A DNA stretch of 64,000 nt from Minisyncoccia bacterium (GTDB lineage Bacteria > Patescibacteriota > Minisyncoccia > Phycocordibacterales > UBA918). Below are positions 1-9,818 of this stretch, one piece after another; the first letter of the stretch is position 1; each line of letters begins with the position of its first letter. The position numbers and the translations under genes were made by a program. Under the pieces are notes generated by a model that was given only the letters and a program-made list of their open reading frames with translations, ran no database searches and was not told the origin of the DNA. The stretch is taken from positions 158,428 to 222,427 of the forward strand of contig JBKBPM010000002.1 in the NCBI GenBank assembly GCA_046293175.1. The letters are read 5' to 3'.

Positions 1-165
1 CTGGTAAGATACCAAAACCTTCCATCAAATCATCATCGGTCACCACATCATCATCGCTTACTTCATCTAGTAAGTCATCATCAAGGGTTGCTTCATCATC
101 CCCGAGATCAAGATCTTCATCTTCTACTTCATCAGTATTGTCGGTACCAAAATCTTGCGTCATAA
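1..165 (-). CDS. Partial CDS (N-terminal ~55 codons only; continues beyond window start), strongly acidic N-terminus, product unknown
   Basis: ATG at 165 on minus strand, open to window edge; translation MTQDFGTDNTDEVEDEDLDLGDDEATLDDDLLDEVSDDD...; absent from ORF track because truncated. Confidence 0.35.
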
Positions 166-237
166 AAAACATTATAATTATGTGAATGGTTATAACAAAA
201 CTAAAAAAGTTTGCAAGCCCCCTCAATCCAGCTGATT

Positions 238-717
238 CTACCGATTTCGCCCGTACTGCGCAAGGGTGGTGATACCTATCGCAATGGCGTCATATTCGTC
301 ATCTTTCGCTTTTTTTGGGATATTGGGTATCAAGCGCTGTACCATGGCGTAGACCGCAGTTTTATCGCTATTACCATAGCCAGTGACCGCTACTTTCACT
401 TCCTGCGGTCCGTGTTCATAGATAGTTAGTCCGTGATGTTCTGCAATATAGAGTACTACTCCACGCGACTGCGCTACCCCAATACCAGTAGTGATGTTTT
501 TGTTAAAGAAGAGGGTCTCAATACCAAGCGTTGTTGGCTTATATTCGGCAATTATAGTTTCGAGTGCTGCTCCGATAGTCGTGAGGCGTTGGGAAAGTAC
601 AGCTGTCTTATTGGTTGTGATGCAAGTGGAGTAGAGCAATGCTTCTTTACCGTTAACATATTCAAGAACTGCTACGCCGCAGCGGTCAAAACCAGGATCG
701 ATAGCTAGTACTCGCAT
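238..717 (-). CDS. ruvC: Holliday junction resolvase RuvC
   Basis: 159 aa; N-term MRVLAIDPGFDRCG and RNase-H-like fold signature typical of RuvC. Confidence 0.85.
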   Translation of the reverse strand: MRVLAIDPGFDRCGVAVLEYVNGKEALLYSTCITTNKTAVLSQRLTTIGAALETIIAEYKPTTLGIETLFFNKNITTGIGVAQSRGVVLYIAEHHGLTIYEHGPQEVKVAVTGYGNSDKTAVYAMVQRLIPNIPKKAKDDEYDAIAIGITTLAQYGRNR

Positions 718-945
718 ACATGGTTGTAGTATATCATTTGCATTTTTTTAATGTGTAGTAACATCTTAACCAGGAACGTATAAGGGGCGCTTAAACCATA
801 ATTGACGGCTGCGATACGCTCTGCGGAGGAAATCTCATTATTCTGGCTGTCTTGATGTATTCGAACTGATCGCAGGGTAATGACCACTGATGACTTATAT
901 CAAGACAAACCACCCACTATTTTTTGATACTGGACGGTTCCCTAT

Positions 946-1485
946 TTATTCTGGAATATCAGCTGTGGTGAAGATTTCTTGCACATCGTCATGTTCCTCA
1001 AGGGCTTCGATAAGGTTTGCTAAGGCTTCACCATCGGTGTCGTTAAGTTCAATAGGGTTTTGGGGTACGTAACCATCAGCGGTTTTGGTAAAAGCCCACA
1101 TGGCAGTACCCGGCGCACCGAGATTGTAACCAGCTTTAGTGAAGATGTGGCGGATCTCTGGTGAGGTGCGGTTATTGTTATCAGTCACCGCGGTAATGAT
1201 CATACCGACCCCTCCTGGACCAAAGGCTTCAAAGACTACTTCCTCAAGGGCAGCCGCGCCAGCGCCTGCTCCCTTTGCGACCGCGCGGTCAATATTCTCC
1301 TTTGGCATCGAATCTTTCTTGGCGCGATCAATTGCGGCAATGAGACTAGGTGAGGAGAGATTGCCGCCGGCACGACGCGATTCCATCGTGATCATGAGGG
1401 CGTGTTTACTAAACAGCTTACTCTTCTGGGCGTCGGTCGCCGCCTTCTTGTGCTTAATTTTTGACCATTTGTTATGTCCTGACAT
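946..1485 (-). CDS. YebC/PmpR-family probable transcriptional regulator (short form)
   Basis: N-term MSGHNKWSKIKHKK matches YebC/TACO1 family start; 179 aa, shorter than typical ~240 aa. Confidence 0.75.
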   Translation of the reverse strand: MSGHNKWSKIKHKKAATDAQKSKLFSKHALMITMESRRAGGNLSSPSLIAAIDRAKKDSMPKENIDRAVAKGAGAGAAALEEVVFEAFGPGGVGMIITAVTDNNNRTSPEIRHIFTKAGYNLGAPGTAMWAFTKTADGYVPQNPIELNDTDGEALANLIEALEEHDDVQEIFTTADIPE

Positions 1486-1493
1486 ATCAATAT

Positions 1494-1691
1494 TTATCTA
1501 CCAACTTCACGAAAACAAGAGTCTGACTTTTCTCTGTATATGTCATTATCACTACCGTAAAGGGACCACATAGAATCTAGGCAAGAATCGAGCTTTTTAT
1601 CGAGCATGTTAGGCCTAATGACTAAATAATAAAAACTTGAAATACTTATAACGATCCCACAAACAATAAAAATTTTATCTTTAACACTCAT
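1494..1691 (-). CDS. Small hypothetical membrane peptide
   Basis: 65 aa ORF with one hydrophobic helix between ruvB and yebC; no other support. Confidence 0.25.
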   Translation of the reverse strand: MSVKDKIFIVCGIVISISSFYYLVIRPNMLDKKLDSCLDSMWSLYGSDNDIYREKSDSCFREVGR

Positions 1692-1703
1692 ACAATTTCA
1701 ATA

Positions 1704-2696
1704 TTAAATACGCTCTAAATGTTTATACGCCTCACTCGTTGCTACTCGTCCGCGGGGAGTACGTTCTATGAGGCCTTGGCGGATGAGATATGGTTCAATC
1801 ACGTCCTCAATGGTTGATTCTTCTTCACCAGTGGCGGCCGCAATCGTGTTAAGACCAACTGGGCCACCACTAAATTTGTGAATAATTGCCTCAAGGACCG
1901 CTCGGTCCGGGCGGGTGAGACCAATCCTATCAATATCAAGCAGGTCAAAGGTGCGATTAATGATGTCGGCATTAAATGCACCGCCTTCGATCTGAGCTAA
2001 ATCCCGGCAGCGCTTCAAGAGATAATTAGCCGTACGTGGTGTAGCACGGCAGCGCTTCGCGATACCCGATAAAAGTTGGTGTTCTGAGGCGATACCAAGG
2101 AGTTCTGCTGAGCGGGCAAGGATGTTCGTAATCTCTTCGTCACTATAAAATTCGAGGCGGAAGGTCCCACCTGAGAAACGGGAACGGAGTGGGGCTGAAA
2201 GCAGAGAAATACGAGTGGTGGCAGCCACGAGGGTAAACGGAGGGAGCTCGAGCTGAACGGTGCGAGCAGACGGACCTTTACCAATGATGATATCAAGCAC
2301 ACCCGATTCCATAGCAGGATAAAGAACCTCCTCTATACTTTTACTAAGGCGGTGGATTTCGTCGATAAAAAGTACATCACCCGGGGAGAGATTAGTGAGA
2401 ATAGCCGCTAAGTCAGCTACCCGTTCAATGGCCGGGCCAGAGGTGGTGCGCATGTTTGTACCAAGGGTTTTGGCAACCAGGTGTGCTAAGGTAGTCTTGC
2501 CAAGGCCGGGTGGTCCATAGAGGAGAATATGCTCGGCAGCATGACCACGTTCTCGAGCGGCCGTGAGTAAAATACGCAAGTTTTCCTTGGTTTTTGCCTG
2601 TCCGATGTACTCTTCCCAGGATTGTGGACGAAGAGTCTGATCGAGATTCCCAGCATCATCGCGGGTAACTGGTGGGCGGGGGGTTGAGCTAGCCAT
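1704..2696 (-). CDS. ruvB: Holliday junction branch-migration ATPase RuvB
   Basis: 330 aa; Walker A GPPGLGKTT, AAA+ RuvB motifs. Confidence 0.95.
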   Translation of the reverse strand: MASSTPRPPVTRDDAGNLDQTLRPQSWEEYIGQAKTKENLRILLTAARERGHAAEHILLYGPPGLGKTTLAHLVAKTLGTNMRTTSGPAIERVADLAAILTNLSPGDVLFIDEIHRLSKSIEEVLYPAMESGVLDIIIGKGPSARTVQLELPPFTLVAATTRISLLSAPLRSRFSGGTFRLEFYSDEEITNILARSAELLGIASEHQLLSGIAKRCRATPRTANYLLKRCRDLAQIEGGAFNADIINRTFDLLDIDRIGLTRPDRAVLEAIIHKFSGGPVGLNTIAAATGEEESTIEDVIEPYLIRQGLIERTPRGRVATSEAYKHLERI

Positions 2697-3136
2697 AATA
2701 GATTTAGTATATCAGAAAGTGAGCATTGGGGCGGGTAGCTTGACAAATAGTTGAGACTATGCTAGTATAGGTACGTTGAGTTCTCCAGTTCATGTAGTGT
2801 TATATCCAATCGGTATTACCTATTTGGCCGCTCTCCACAAAAAAATAACTAAAAAACGCCCACCAAGGCGCCTTTTATTGTGTTCAAGATGATAACTCTC
2901 TAAGCAACATGAGTACGTTGCGAGGATTGTGGGGTCCCACTCTTGAAGTGGAACACTCTGTATCCCCTTAGCGCGGTATTCACTTTCTATGCGGAAGCTT
3001 GCTTAGAGAGTTATACTCTCGAATACATCTCTATAAAGACGCTGTCAGGGAACTGATTGGTATGTCGACTATAGCGCAGTCATTCTTGTTTGCCTATATT
3101 GACCATATATCCTTTTCTTATTTGAATAAAGTCAAT

Positions 3137-3180
3137 ACAGACGCGCGACCATTTGTGTGGTCGCGCGTCTGTTTGTATTT
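3137..3180. terminator. Bidirectional intrinsic terminator hairpin (15-bp stem ACAGACGCGCGACCA/TGGTCGCGCGTCTGT)
   Basis: Perfect inverted repeat directly at the 3' end of pilB, followed by T-rich tract. Confidence 0.6.
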
Positions 3181-4924
3181 AGACTATATACTTACTGATG
3201 TCGATTTCTTCATCTGACGCTGGCGGTAGGTCTTTAGTTCGTCGTACATTCTGAAGATCAACCACACGCTCGAGTTCATCAATTGTCGTGACACCAGCGA
3301 GTACCTTAATCATACCATCTTCCGCCATACTCGGAATTTTTTGTGGAGCAGCTGCATCAAGAATCATGACTTCACGAGGATCACGAATGACAATTTCCTC
3401 TACCGCATCATCAATAATGATTGCTTCAAATACACCCACTCGACCTTTAAAGCCGGTACCACCACAAACATCACAGCCAACACTTTCATAAATCGTTACT
3501 CCATCTGGGATTGTTACTGGTTCTGGATAATGAGCGAGGGTTTGTCGCATAATAGTTACTTGTTCTGGTGTTGCCACTACCGCTTTTTTACAGTGTGAAC
3601 AAAGGACACGAACGAGTCGTTGTCCGAGCATTACGTTAACTGAACTTCCGATAATACGTGGATCAACACCGAGGTCGATAAGGCGAGGGAAGCCACCAGC
3701 CGCACTGTTGGTGTGTAGTGTAGAAAATACCAAGTGACCAGTCTGGGCTGCGTGAATAGCGGTTTCGGCTACTTCACGGTCACGGATTTCTCCTACCATA
3801 ATGATGTCAGGGTCTTGACGGAGAATGGCACGAAGACCAGAGGCAAATGTGTAATCGGGTCCGATTTGGGTTTGGACAATACCGGTCAGTTTATATTCAA
3901 CAGGGTTTTCAATAGTGATGATTTTTTTCTCACTATCATGAACAGCCCGCAAAAATGCATAAAGGGCAGTGGTTTTACCTGAGCCAGTTGGACCGGTAGT
4001 AATAATAAGACCGTTTGGTCGCTTGAGTTCACGCTCCATCACTGCTTTAAGGTATGGGTTAAGGTCTAGTTTATCGATACTAAAACTCGCAACATTTGGG
4101 TCAAGGAGACGCATTACCATTGATTCGCCACTAGCACCGGGGATTACTGAGGCACGCACTTCAATCTCAGTTTCGCCAAAGACGAATTGAAATCGACCGT
4201 CTTGTGCTTCTTTACGTTCATTGAGGGTCATACCCGACAACAATTTGAGGCGACTCATTAACCGTCCATAGAGGTGACTGTCGATATCAGCAATATCAAG
4301 GAGTACACCATCAAGACGATAGCGGAGTCGAATACCAGTTGCCGCTGGTTCGATATGGATGTCAGATGCCTTGAGTGCGAGGGCTCCTGCGAACATAAGC
4401 TCAAGTGTTTCAGATATTTGGCGTGGGCTGTTAACGGATGAAATTTTTGTGAGACCTTGGTGTACATCACCAATCGTTTTGATGGTACCAGCAGTCGCAT
4501 TAATCGCATCAGTATTGATATCAAGTATCCCTTTCTTACTCGCGGTGGTCATTTTTTGATCTGCGTATCGGATGAGGCCGTGTTCGATACTGGCACGAGA
4601 AGCCAAAAAGACGGAGAGGGTATAACCAGCTTGTTTCAGCTCGTGTAGCAACTGTGCCGTATTTGGTTCTTGAGGGGCCATTACTGCTACCGAGAGGTTT
4701 TGACGCGTCAGGGCAAAAGCGATGACGTTGGCCTGCCTGGCCCGAACTTCCGGCACTTTCATGAGAGCTTCGGGATTGATAGTCACACCATGAAGGTCGA
4801 TATACTTCAGCCCGTATTTTGGTGCCAAACTTTGCATCAAAGCCTCCTCACCTCGCTTGCGAAGGTCAGCGATACGTTTATTAGTATCATCATCATGGAA
4901 CTGATTCATACCCGTATTGTACAT
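3179..4924 (-). CDS. pilB: Type IV pilus/type II secretion assembly ATPase, GspE/PilB family
   Basis: 581 aa; N-terminal GspE_N-like region, Walker A GPTGSGKTT, tetracysteine CSHC..CDVCGGTG motif. Confidence 0.85.
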   Translation of the reverse strand: MYNTGMNQFHDDDTNKRIADLRKRGEEALMQSLAPKYGLKYIDLHGVTINPEALMKVPEVRARQANVIAFALTRQNLSVAVMAPQEPNTAQLLHELKQAGYTLSVFLASRASIEHGLIRYADQKMTTASKKGILDINTDAINATAGTIKTIGDVHQGLTKISSVNSPRQISETLELMFAGALALKASDIHIEPAATGIRLRYRLDGVLLDIADIDSHLYGRLMSRLKLLSGMTLNERKEAQDGRFQFVFGETEIEVRASVIPGASGESMVMRLLDPNVASFSIDKLDLNPYLKAVMERELKRPNGLIITTGPTGSGKTTALYAFLRAVHDSEKKIITIENPVEYKLTGIVQTQIGPDYTFASGLRAILRQDPDIIMVGEIRDREVAETAIHAAQTGHLVFSTLHTNSAAGGFPRLIDLGVDPRIIGSSVNVMLGQRLVRVLCSHCKKAVVATPEQVTIMRQTLAHYPEPVTIPDGVTIYESVGCDVCGGTGFKGRVGVFEAIIIDDAVEEIVIRDPREVMILDAAAPQKIPSMAEDGMIKVLAGVTTIDELERVVDLQNVRRTKDLPPASDEEIDISKYIV

Positions 4925-4996
4925 GAAATACCAGACGGTTAGAGACTAAACGGTGGAAGGCGACAGTGAGTTTTTTCGGTGCTACAATGCGACCAT

Positions 4997-5443
4997 ATGG
5001 AAACCTACGTTGCTCCAACCCTGGCTGCACTCGGTGAGGCTGCCCGAGAGATTCTTACCAACCTGAAGTTATTCCCACGAGCCGGTGCCATGGTACTGAC
5101 ACTCTCTGGAGAACTCGGTGCTGGTAAAACCGCGTTTGTGCAGCAGCTCGGTCTACATCTCGGGATAGCCGACACCATGGTCAGTCCGACCTTTGTGGTA
5201 ATGAAACGATACCAAACTACCGACCAGGTATTTACCAACCTCGTCCATATCGATGCCTATCGCCTCGAAGATGAAGCTGAAACAATACCACTACATTTTA
5301 GTGATATTTTTGCTGAACCACACACACTTATTTGTATCGAGTGGGCTTCTCGTATACCGACAACGATCCCAAGTCCTCATGCCACTTTGTCCATTGTTGA
5401 TGCAGATGGTGTTCGCACACTCACCTATACCAAACCTGTATGA
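4997..5443 (+). CDS. tsaE: tRNA threonylcarbamoyladenosine biosynthesis ATPase TsaE (YjeE)
   Basis: P-loop LSGELGAGKT; ATG at 4997 (METYV...) sits ~8 nt after a TACAAT -10 box, suggesting a leaderless start; ORF track shows GTG at 4979. Confidence 0.75.
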   Translation: METYVAPTLAALGEAAREILTNLKLFPRAGAMVLTLSGELGAGKTAFVQQLGLHLGIADTMVSPTFVVMKRYQTTDQVFTNLVHIDAYRLEDEAETIPLHFSDIFAEPHTLICIEWASRIPTTIPSPHATLSIVDADGVRTLTYTKPV

Positions 5444-7830
5444 CCAAAAAACCTGCCCCTGAAACCCTTGTCCTGTTAGACGCTCACGCGATTTTACACC
5501 GGGCCTTTCATGCGTTGCCTGACTTCACGTCACCAAGTGGAGAACCAACTGGCGCTTTGTATGGGGTAGTAGCTATGCTCTTGCGGATTATTGAAGAGTT
5601 TAAACCAACCTACATTGCTGCTTGTTTTGACTTACCAGAGCCAACCTATCGGCACGATGCGTATGCAGATTACAAAGGGACGCGAACCAAAACGGATGAA
5701 GCACTGGTGATGCAGATCAAACGATCCTATGATATTTTTGCTGCTTTTGGTATTCCCGTCTTTGAAGTAGCTGGGTTTGAGGCTGACGATATGCTCGGTA
5801 CCATTGCCCACCAAATGAAGGAACATAAAACAATTGAAGTTGTTATTGCTTCGGGTGATATGGATACACTTCAGTGTGTAGATAAAAAGCGGGTGAAAGT
5901 ATATACCCTCAAAAAAGGCATTAATGACACCATTCTCTACGACGAGGCAGCAGTGCTCGAACGGTTTGGCTTTCCGCCAAAGCTTGTTCCTGACTACAAA
6001 GGTTTGCGGGGAGACACCTCAGATAACATTCCGGGTATCCGGGGTATTGGCGAAAAGACCGCTAGTGATTTGATTAGGCAATTTGGTAGCCTTGAGGCCA
6101 TCTACAAGGTTCTTAAAAAAGATCCAGAGAAACTCAAAACTGCTGGTATCAAAGATCGGATGATAGGTCTCTTGCGTGATGGGGAAGAGGAAGCGCTTTT
6201 TTCAAAAATGCTCGCGACCATTCGCACCGATGCACCAATTACTATAGATCTTGAAACGATGCGCTGGCGTGAAAAGCTTGATACTGAACGCATTGGCGCC
6301 CTGTTTGGTGAGTTTGGTTTTCGTACCTTAGGAGCTCGGGTCAAAAGTATTATTGGTGCGACGCTTCCGACACCTGATGAGTCTACATTTGGGGCGAGTA
6401 ACGTGAGTCACGAGCAGTTAACTCGACTCCAAATCTATCTTTGGCTGCTTGAGAGTGAGCGTACCAATGCATCCCTTTCAGATATTATCGACTATGGTCG
6501 GGCGTACCTTGGTACCACTGAACCCACTACTATTGAAACCGCGCTCGAGGCACGGCTCAAAGAGGAAGGGACCTGGCGTGTGTACGAAGAAATCGAGGCA
6601 CCTCTGATACCGGTCCTTGCGTACATGCATGAGGTGGGAATTTCACTTGATGTGCCGTACCTGAAGACGCTCTCAGTAAAAATGCACGACGAACTCACCA
6701 AGCTCGAAACCGCGATTTATGAAGCAGCAGGGCAGACCTTTAATATCAATTCTCCAAAACAGCTGGGAGATATCTTGTTTGATACTTTAGGATTAAAACC
6801 AAAGCAGCAAAAGAAAACGGCGGGTGGGCAACGTTCAACCAAAGAGTCTGAACTCGAGAAGATGCGCGATATGCATCCGATCATTGATTACATTATGCGG
6901 TATCGGGAATTACAGAAATTGGTATCGACCTACATCGATAATCTCCCGACCTATGTGGCAAGTGATGGCCGGGTACACACTACCTTCATTCAAACTGGGG
7001 CCGCGACCGGCCGTATGGCGTCACAAAATCCAGGTCTCCAAAATATCCCGGTACGGACCGAAGAGAGTCGAGCTATTAGACAAGCTTTTGTTGCTACGCC
7101 GGGGTACACACTCGTGTCAATCGATTACTCACAAATCGAACTGCGGGTAGCGGCGATTCTCTCGCGTGATGAAAAGCTCATCGATATCTTCAAGCGTGGG
7201 GAGGATGTGCATACGGGGGTCGCTATGCGCGTCTTTGGGGTGACGGCAGAAGAAGTTACGAAGGACATGCGCCGCAAAGCTAAGGTGATCAACTTTGGTA
7301 TTCTTTATGGTATGGGCGTTAATGCGCTGCGGGGTAACCTCGGTGATGATACAAGTCGGGAAGAAGCCCAACAGTTCTACACTGCTTACTTTAATACCTT
7401 CACCACCCTCGCCGCTTACCTTGAAGACACTAAAGCCGCGGCGCGACGTGATGGGTATACAAAAACCCTTTTTGGTCGTCGTCGTCATTTTCCGGGTATC
7501 AATTCAGGTGCACCCTTTATTCGCGCCATGGCCGAACGCATGGCGATTAATGCACCAGTCCAGGGTACGGCAGCCGATATGATGCGGGTAGCGATGATTA
7601 ACATCTACACCCGTCTTACACTTGAGAATAAAACTGATATCGTCCGCATGCTCCTCCAGGTACACGACGAACTCGTTTTTGAGATTAAAGATGAGGTGCT
7701 CGCCAAAGAAATTGGTGTGCTTAAAGCCGAGATGGAAGCGGTACTTGCTGACTTTGAGACCTACGGAGTACCACTGACTGCTGAAGCTGCAACCGGAAAA
7801 AATTGGGGGGAGTTGGTACCCTACAAATAA
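5440..7830 (+). CDS. polA: DNA polymerase I (5'-3' exonuclease + polymerase domains; no obvious 3'-5' exonuclease domain)
   Basis: 796 aa; 5'-3' exo N-terminus, family A polymerase motifs (RRxAKxxNFGxxYG, QVHDELV); start overlaps tsaE stop (ATGA). Confidence 0.9.
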   Translation: MTKKPAPETLVLLDAHAILHRAFHALPDFTSPSGEPTGALYGVVAMLLRIIEEFKPTYIAACFDLPEPTYRHDAYADYKGTRTKTDEALVMQIKRSYDIFAAFGIPVFEVAGFEADDMLGTIAHQMKEHKTIEVVIASGDMDTLQCVDKKRVKVYTLKKGINDTILYDEAAVLERFGFPPKLVPDYKGLRGDTSDNIPGIRGIGEKTASDLIRQFGSLEAIYKVLKKDPEKLKTAGIKDRMIGLLRDGEEEALFSKMLATIRTDAPITIDLETMRWREKLDTERIGALFGEFGFRTLGARVKSIIGATLPTPDESTFGASNVSHEQLTRLQIYLWLLESERTNASLSDIIDYGRAYLGTTEPTTIETALEARLKEEGTWRVYEEIEAPLIPVLAYMHEVGISLDVPYLKTLSVKMHDELTKLETAIYEAAGQTFNINSPKQLGDILFDTLGLKPKQQKKTAGGQRSTKESELEKMRDMHPIIDYIMRYRELQKLVSTYIDNLPTYVASDGRVHTTFIQTGAATGRMASQNPGLQNIPVRTEESRAIRQAFVATPGYTLVSIDYSQIELRVAAILSRDEKLIDIFKRGEDVHTGVAMRVFGVTAEEVTKDMRRKAKVINFGILYGMGVNALRGNLGDDTSREEAQQFYTAYFNTFTTLAAYLEDTKAAARRDGYTKTLFGRRRHFPGINSGAPFIRAMAERMAINAPVQGTAADMMRVAMINIYTRLTLENKTDIVRMLLQVHDELVFEIKDEVLAKEIGVLKAEMEAVLADFETYGVPLTAEAATGKNWGELVPYK

Positions 7831-7840
7831 TAGAGATGCG

Positions 7841-7867
7841 AAAAAGGCGCCCGGAGGCGCCTTTATT
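7841..7867. terminator. Intrinsic terminator hairpin GGCGCC-CGGA-GGCGCC between convergent polA and 7867..8229 ORF
   Basis: GC hairpin flanked by A/T tracts. Confidence 0.5.
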
Positions 7868-8229
7868 CAAGCCGCTTTGTCTTGTTGCAGATTGTTAATC
7901 CAGGCCTTAAGCTCTGGCAACAGTGGCTTACAGTACACAAACGTAACGAGTTGTGAATAAATATGTGCCATCTGTTGTTTGGTTGTGAGGCGATTGCCAA
8001 AGACAAAAATCGGCAACTCCCGATTGCTGACATACCAGTTCTTTCCGATGGTTCGAATAACGCCTGGTTGTGGATCGCTGGGAGCTATGACTCCGTCAAA
8101 AAAGCCATGGGTTTCCTCGAACGCTTTGTTCAGGAGGGCGGCACTTTCGACGATTTCATAATCGACACCAGTTGCATCAAGGTGTCGTTTGATAGTTTTG
8201 GTTGGGGAGATGACTAAGAGACGCATCAC
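7867..8229 (-). CDS. Hypothetical protein
   Basis: 120 aa ORF convergent with polA, no recognisable motif. Confidence 0.4.
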   Translation of the reverse strand: MMRLLVISPTKTIKRHLDATGVDYEIVESAALLNKAFEETHGFFDGVIAPSDPQPGVIRTIGKNWYVSNRELPIFVFGNRLTTKQQMAHIYSQLVTFVYCKPLLPELKAWINNLQQDKAA

Positions 8230-8336
8230 CTTTTCCTTTCATCTTGTACTAATTCGTTTCCGCGCACACTGTAGTCTTTTAATAAGTATCTGTCAACTCA
8301 AGCGAGGTTTACAATGTTTGCTACAATAATGGCACT

Positions 8337-9041
8337 ATGATGAAACTCTTTTATGGGACGGATACGATTAAAGTGAGACAGGTAGCAATGGCCGAAGCTG
8401 ATACTTTGCGCGAGGGTGGGGTAAGCGTCGAGCGGCTTGAAACCAGAGATATCACGACAGCAAGACTGATTGATATTGCTTCCTCAGTGTCACTTTTTGG
8501 AGGTGAGACTGCGTATGTATTTGATACTCCGTCGGAGGATAAAGAAGTAGAAGAAATATTACTAAAGCACTTATCGGCTTTGGCAGAAAGTGGGCATACA
8601 ATACTCATTATTGAGACAGCAGTATTAGCGTCGGTGACAAAGCAGTACGAAAAAGCCGGAGCAGAACTTGTTGAATATAAAAAAGAAACAGGCAAACAAA
8701 CTTTTGACCCGTTTTTATTAGCCGGGGCGCTACTGACCAAAGACAAAAAAACCATGTGGATGTTACTCACTGAATCAGTCAGGCTTGGTATTCCAGCAGA
8801 AGAAACGGTCGGGATTATTTGGTGGCAACTGAAGACCTTGCGTCTCGCGGCGGTGGGGAAGTCGGCAGAGGAAGTGGGACTGAAATCCTATTCATATGAT
8901 AAGGCGAAGCGAGCTTTGCGGAATTTTGCGCCGGGGGAATTGGAGCGGTTGTCGGAGACATTGCTGTCTGTACATCATGAGGCGAGAAGTGGGCGGACGG
9001 AGTTAGGAGTGGGGTTAGAGAAGTGGGTGTTGGGGGTGTAG
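8337..9041 (+). CDS. holA: DNA polymerase III delta subunit-like (HolA-like, short)
   Basis: 234 aa; N-term LFYGTD... and overall pattern resemble short delta subunits; weak assignment. Confidence 0.55.
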   Translation: MMKLFYGTDTIKVRQVAMAEADTLREGGVSVERLETRDITTARLIDIASSVSLFGGETAYVFDTPSEDKEVEEILLKHLSALAESGHTILIIETAVLASVTKQYEKAGAELVEYKKETGKQTFDPFLLAGALLTKDKKTMWMLLTESVRLGIPAEETVGIIWWQLKTLRLAAVGKSAEEVGLKSYSYDKAKRALRNFAPGELERLSETLLSVHHEARSGRTELGVGLEKWVLGV

Positions 9042-9086
9042 GGATCTTCCCCTACGGGACGGTACAGGTTTCGTAACATTATTTGT

Positions 9087-9200
9087 GGTCACGAATCACT
9101 AAGTATATTTCTTCACTACGTTCGAAATCTACTAAGTGTTCGCGACCCCGCCTCGCGGTTTTCTGCTTTGGTCAAGCAGAAAACATCGCTGCGGCTCGCG
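9087..9200 (+). repeat. tRNA-downstream structured module, copy A (18-nt mini-repeat 9087-9104 + ~90-nt main repeat 9112-9200), antisense to tRNA-Lys
   Basis: ~80% identical to reverse complement of 36206-36290; the hairpin shows compensatory changes (GGTTTTCTGCTT/AAGCAGAAAACA here vs GGTTTTCTTTT/AAAAGAAAACA in copy B); partial copies at 32058-32118 and 33237-33302. Confidence 0.6.
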
Positions 9201-9236
9201 CCACCGTCGCAAGCAATACTAATTGCTTGCTAAACC

Positions 9237-9270
9237 AAAAACATCCCCATTAGCTAATGGGGATGTTTTT
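9237..9270. terminator. Intrinsic terminator hairpin AAAAACATCCCCATTAGCTAATGGGGATGTTTTT downstream of tRNA-Lys
   Basis: Perfect 12-bp stem flanked by A5/T5. Confidence 0.6.
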
Positions 9271-9279
9271 GGTTTTCGG

Positions 9280-9356
9280 TGGTGCGCCCAGTAGGGATCG
9301 AACCTACGACCTTCTCCTTAAAAGGGAGCTGCTCTACCGGCTGAGCTATAGGCGCA
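9280..9356 (-). tRNA. tRNA-Lys (anticodon TTT), CCA encoded
   Basis: Manual fold: acceptor GCGCCTA/TGGGCGC, T-arm GGTTCGATCC, anticodon loop CTTTTAA. Confidence 0.9.
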
Positions 9357-9395
9357 TTCTTTTTTATGTAAAAAAGGTGCGAGCACTATACCATA

Positions 9396-9794
9396 TTAGA
9401 TTGGTAAATCAAACGCTAGTGATCCAGCGCCAGTGATAAAGAGCGTGATGCCAATAGCGAGTAGCAGGATGGTGGTTCGGGTATCGGGGAAGCTTGAGTC
9501 ACTGAAGTAGCGTCTGAGGACCAGTAATTTTAGGCACCAGAGAATAGATAATAGTGCTGCCACTTGGGTAAAGAGGCCGATGATAAAAAGTCCACCAATC
9601 ACAAATTCGGTAATGATAATCATCACAACTGCAAATTTTGGCCAAGGCCAAAGCGGAAGACGAAGTGTTTCCGTAAGTCGGGCACCGTCTTGTTTATGGC
9701 GCAGTGCTAGCTCAATCCAAACAAAACCAACTACAATACGGAGAATGGCATACCCAAAGAGAGCAAGGAATTGCAAAGGGACTAGATTCAACAT
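9396..9794 (-). CDS. DoxX-family membrane protein
   Basis: 132 aa, 4 predicted TM helices, DoxX-like pattern. Confidence 0.6.
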   Translation of the reverse strand: MLNLVPLQFLALFGYAILRIVVGFVWIELALRHKQDGARLTETLRLPLWPWPKFAVVMIIITEFVIGGLFIIGLFTQVAALLSILWCLKLLVLRRYFSDSSFPDTRTTILLLAIGITLFITGAGSLAFDLPI

Positions 9795-9818
9795 ACTTAC
9801 TCTGGTAGTCTAGCACAT

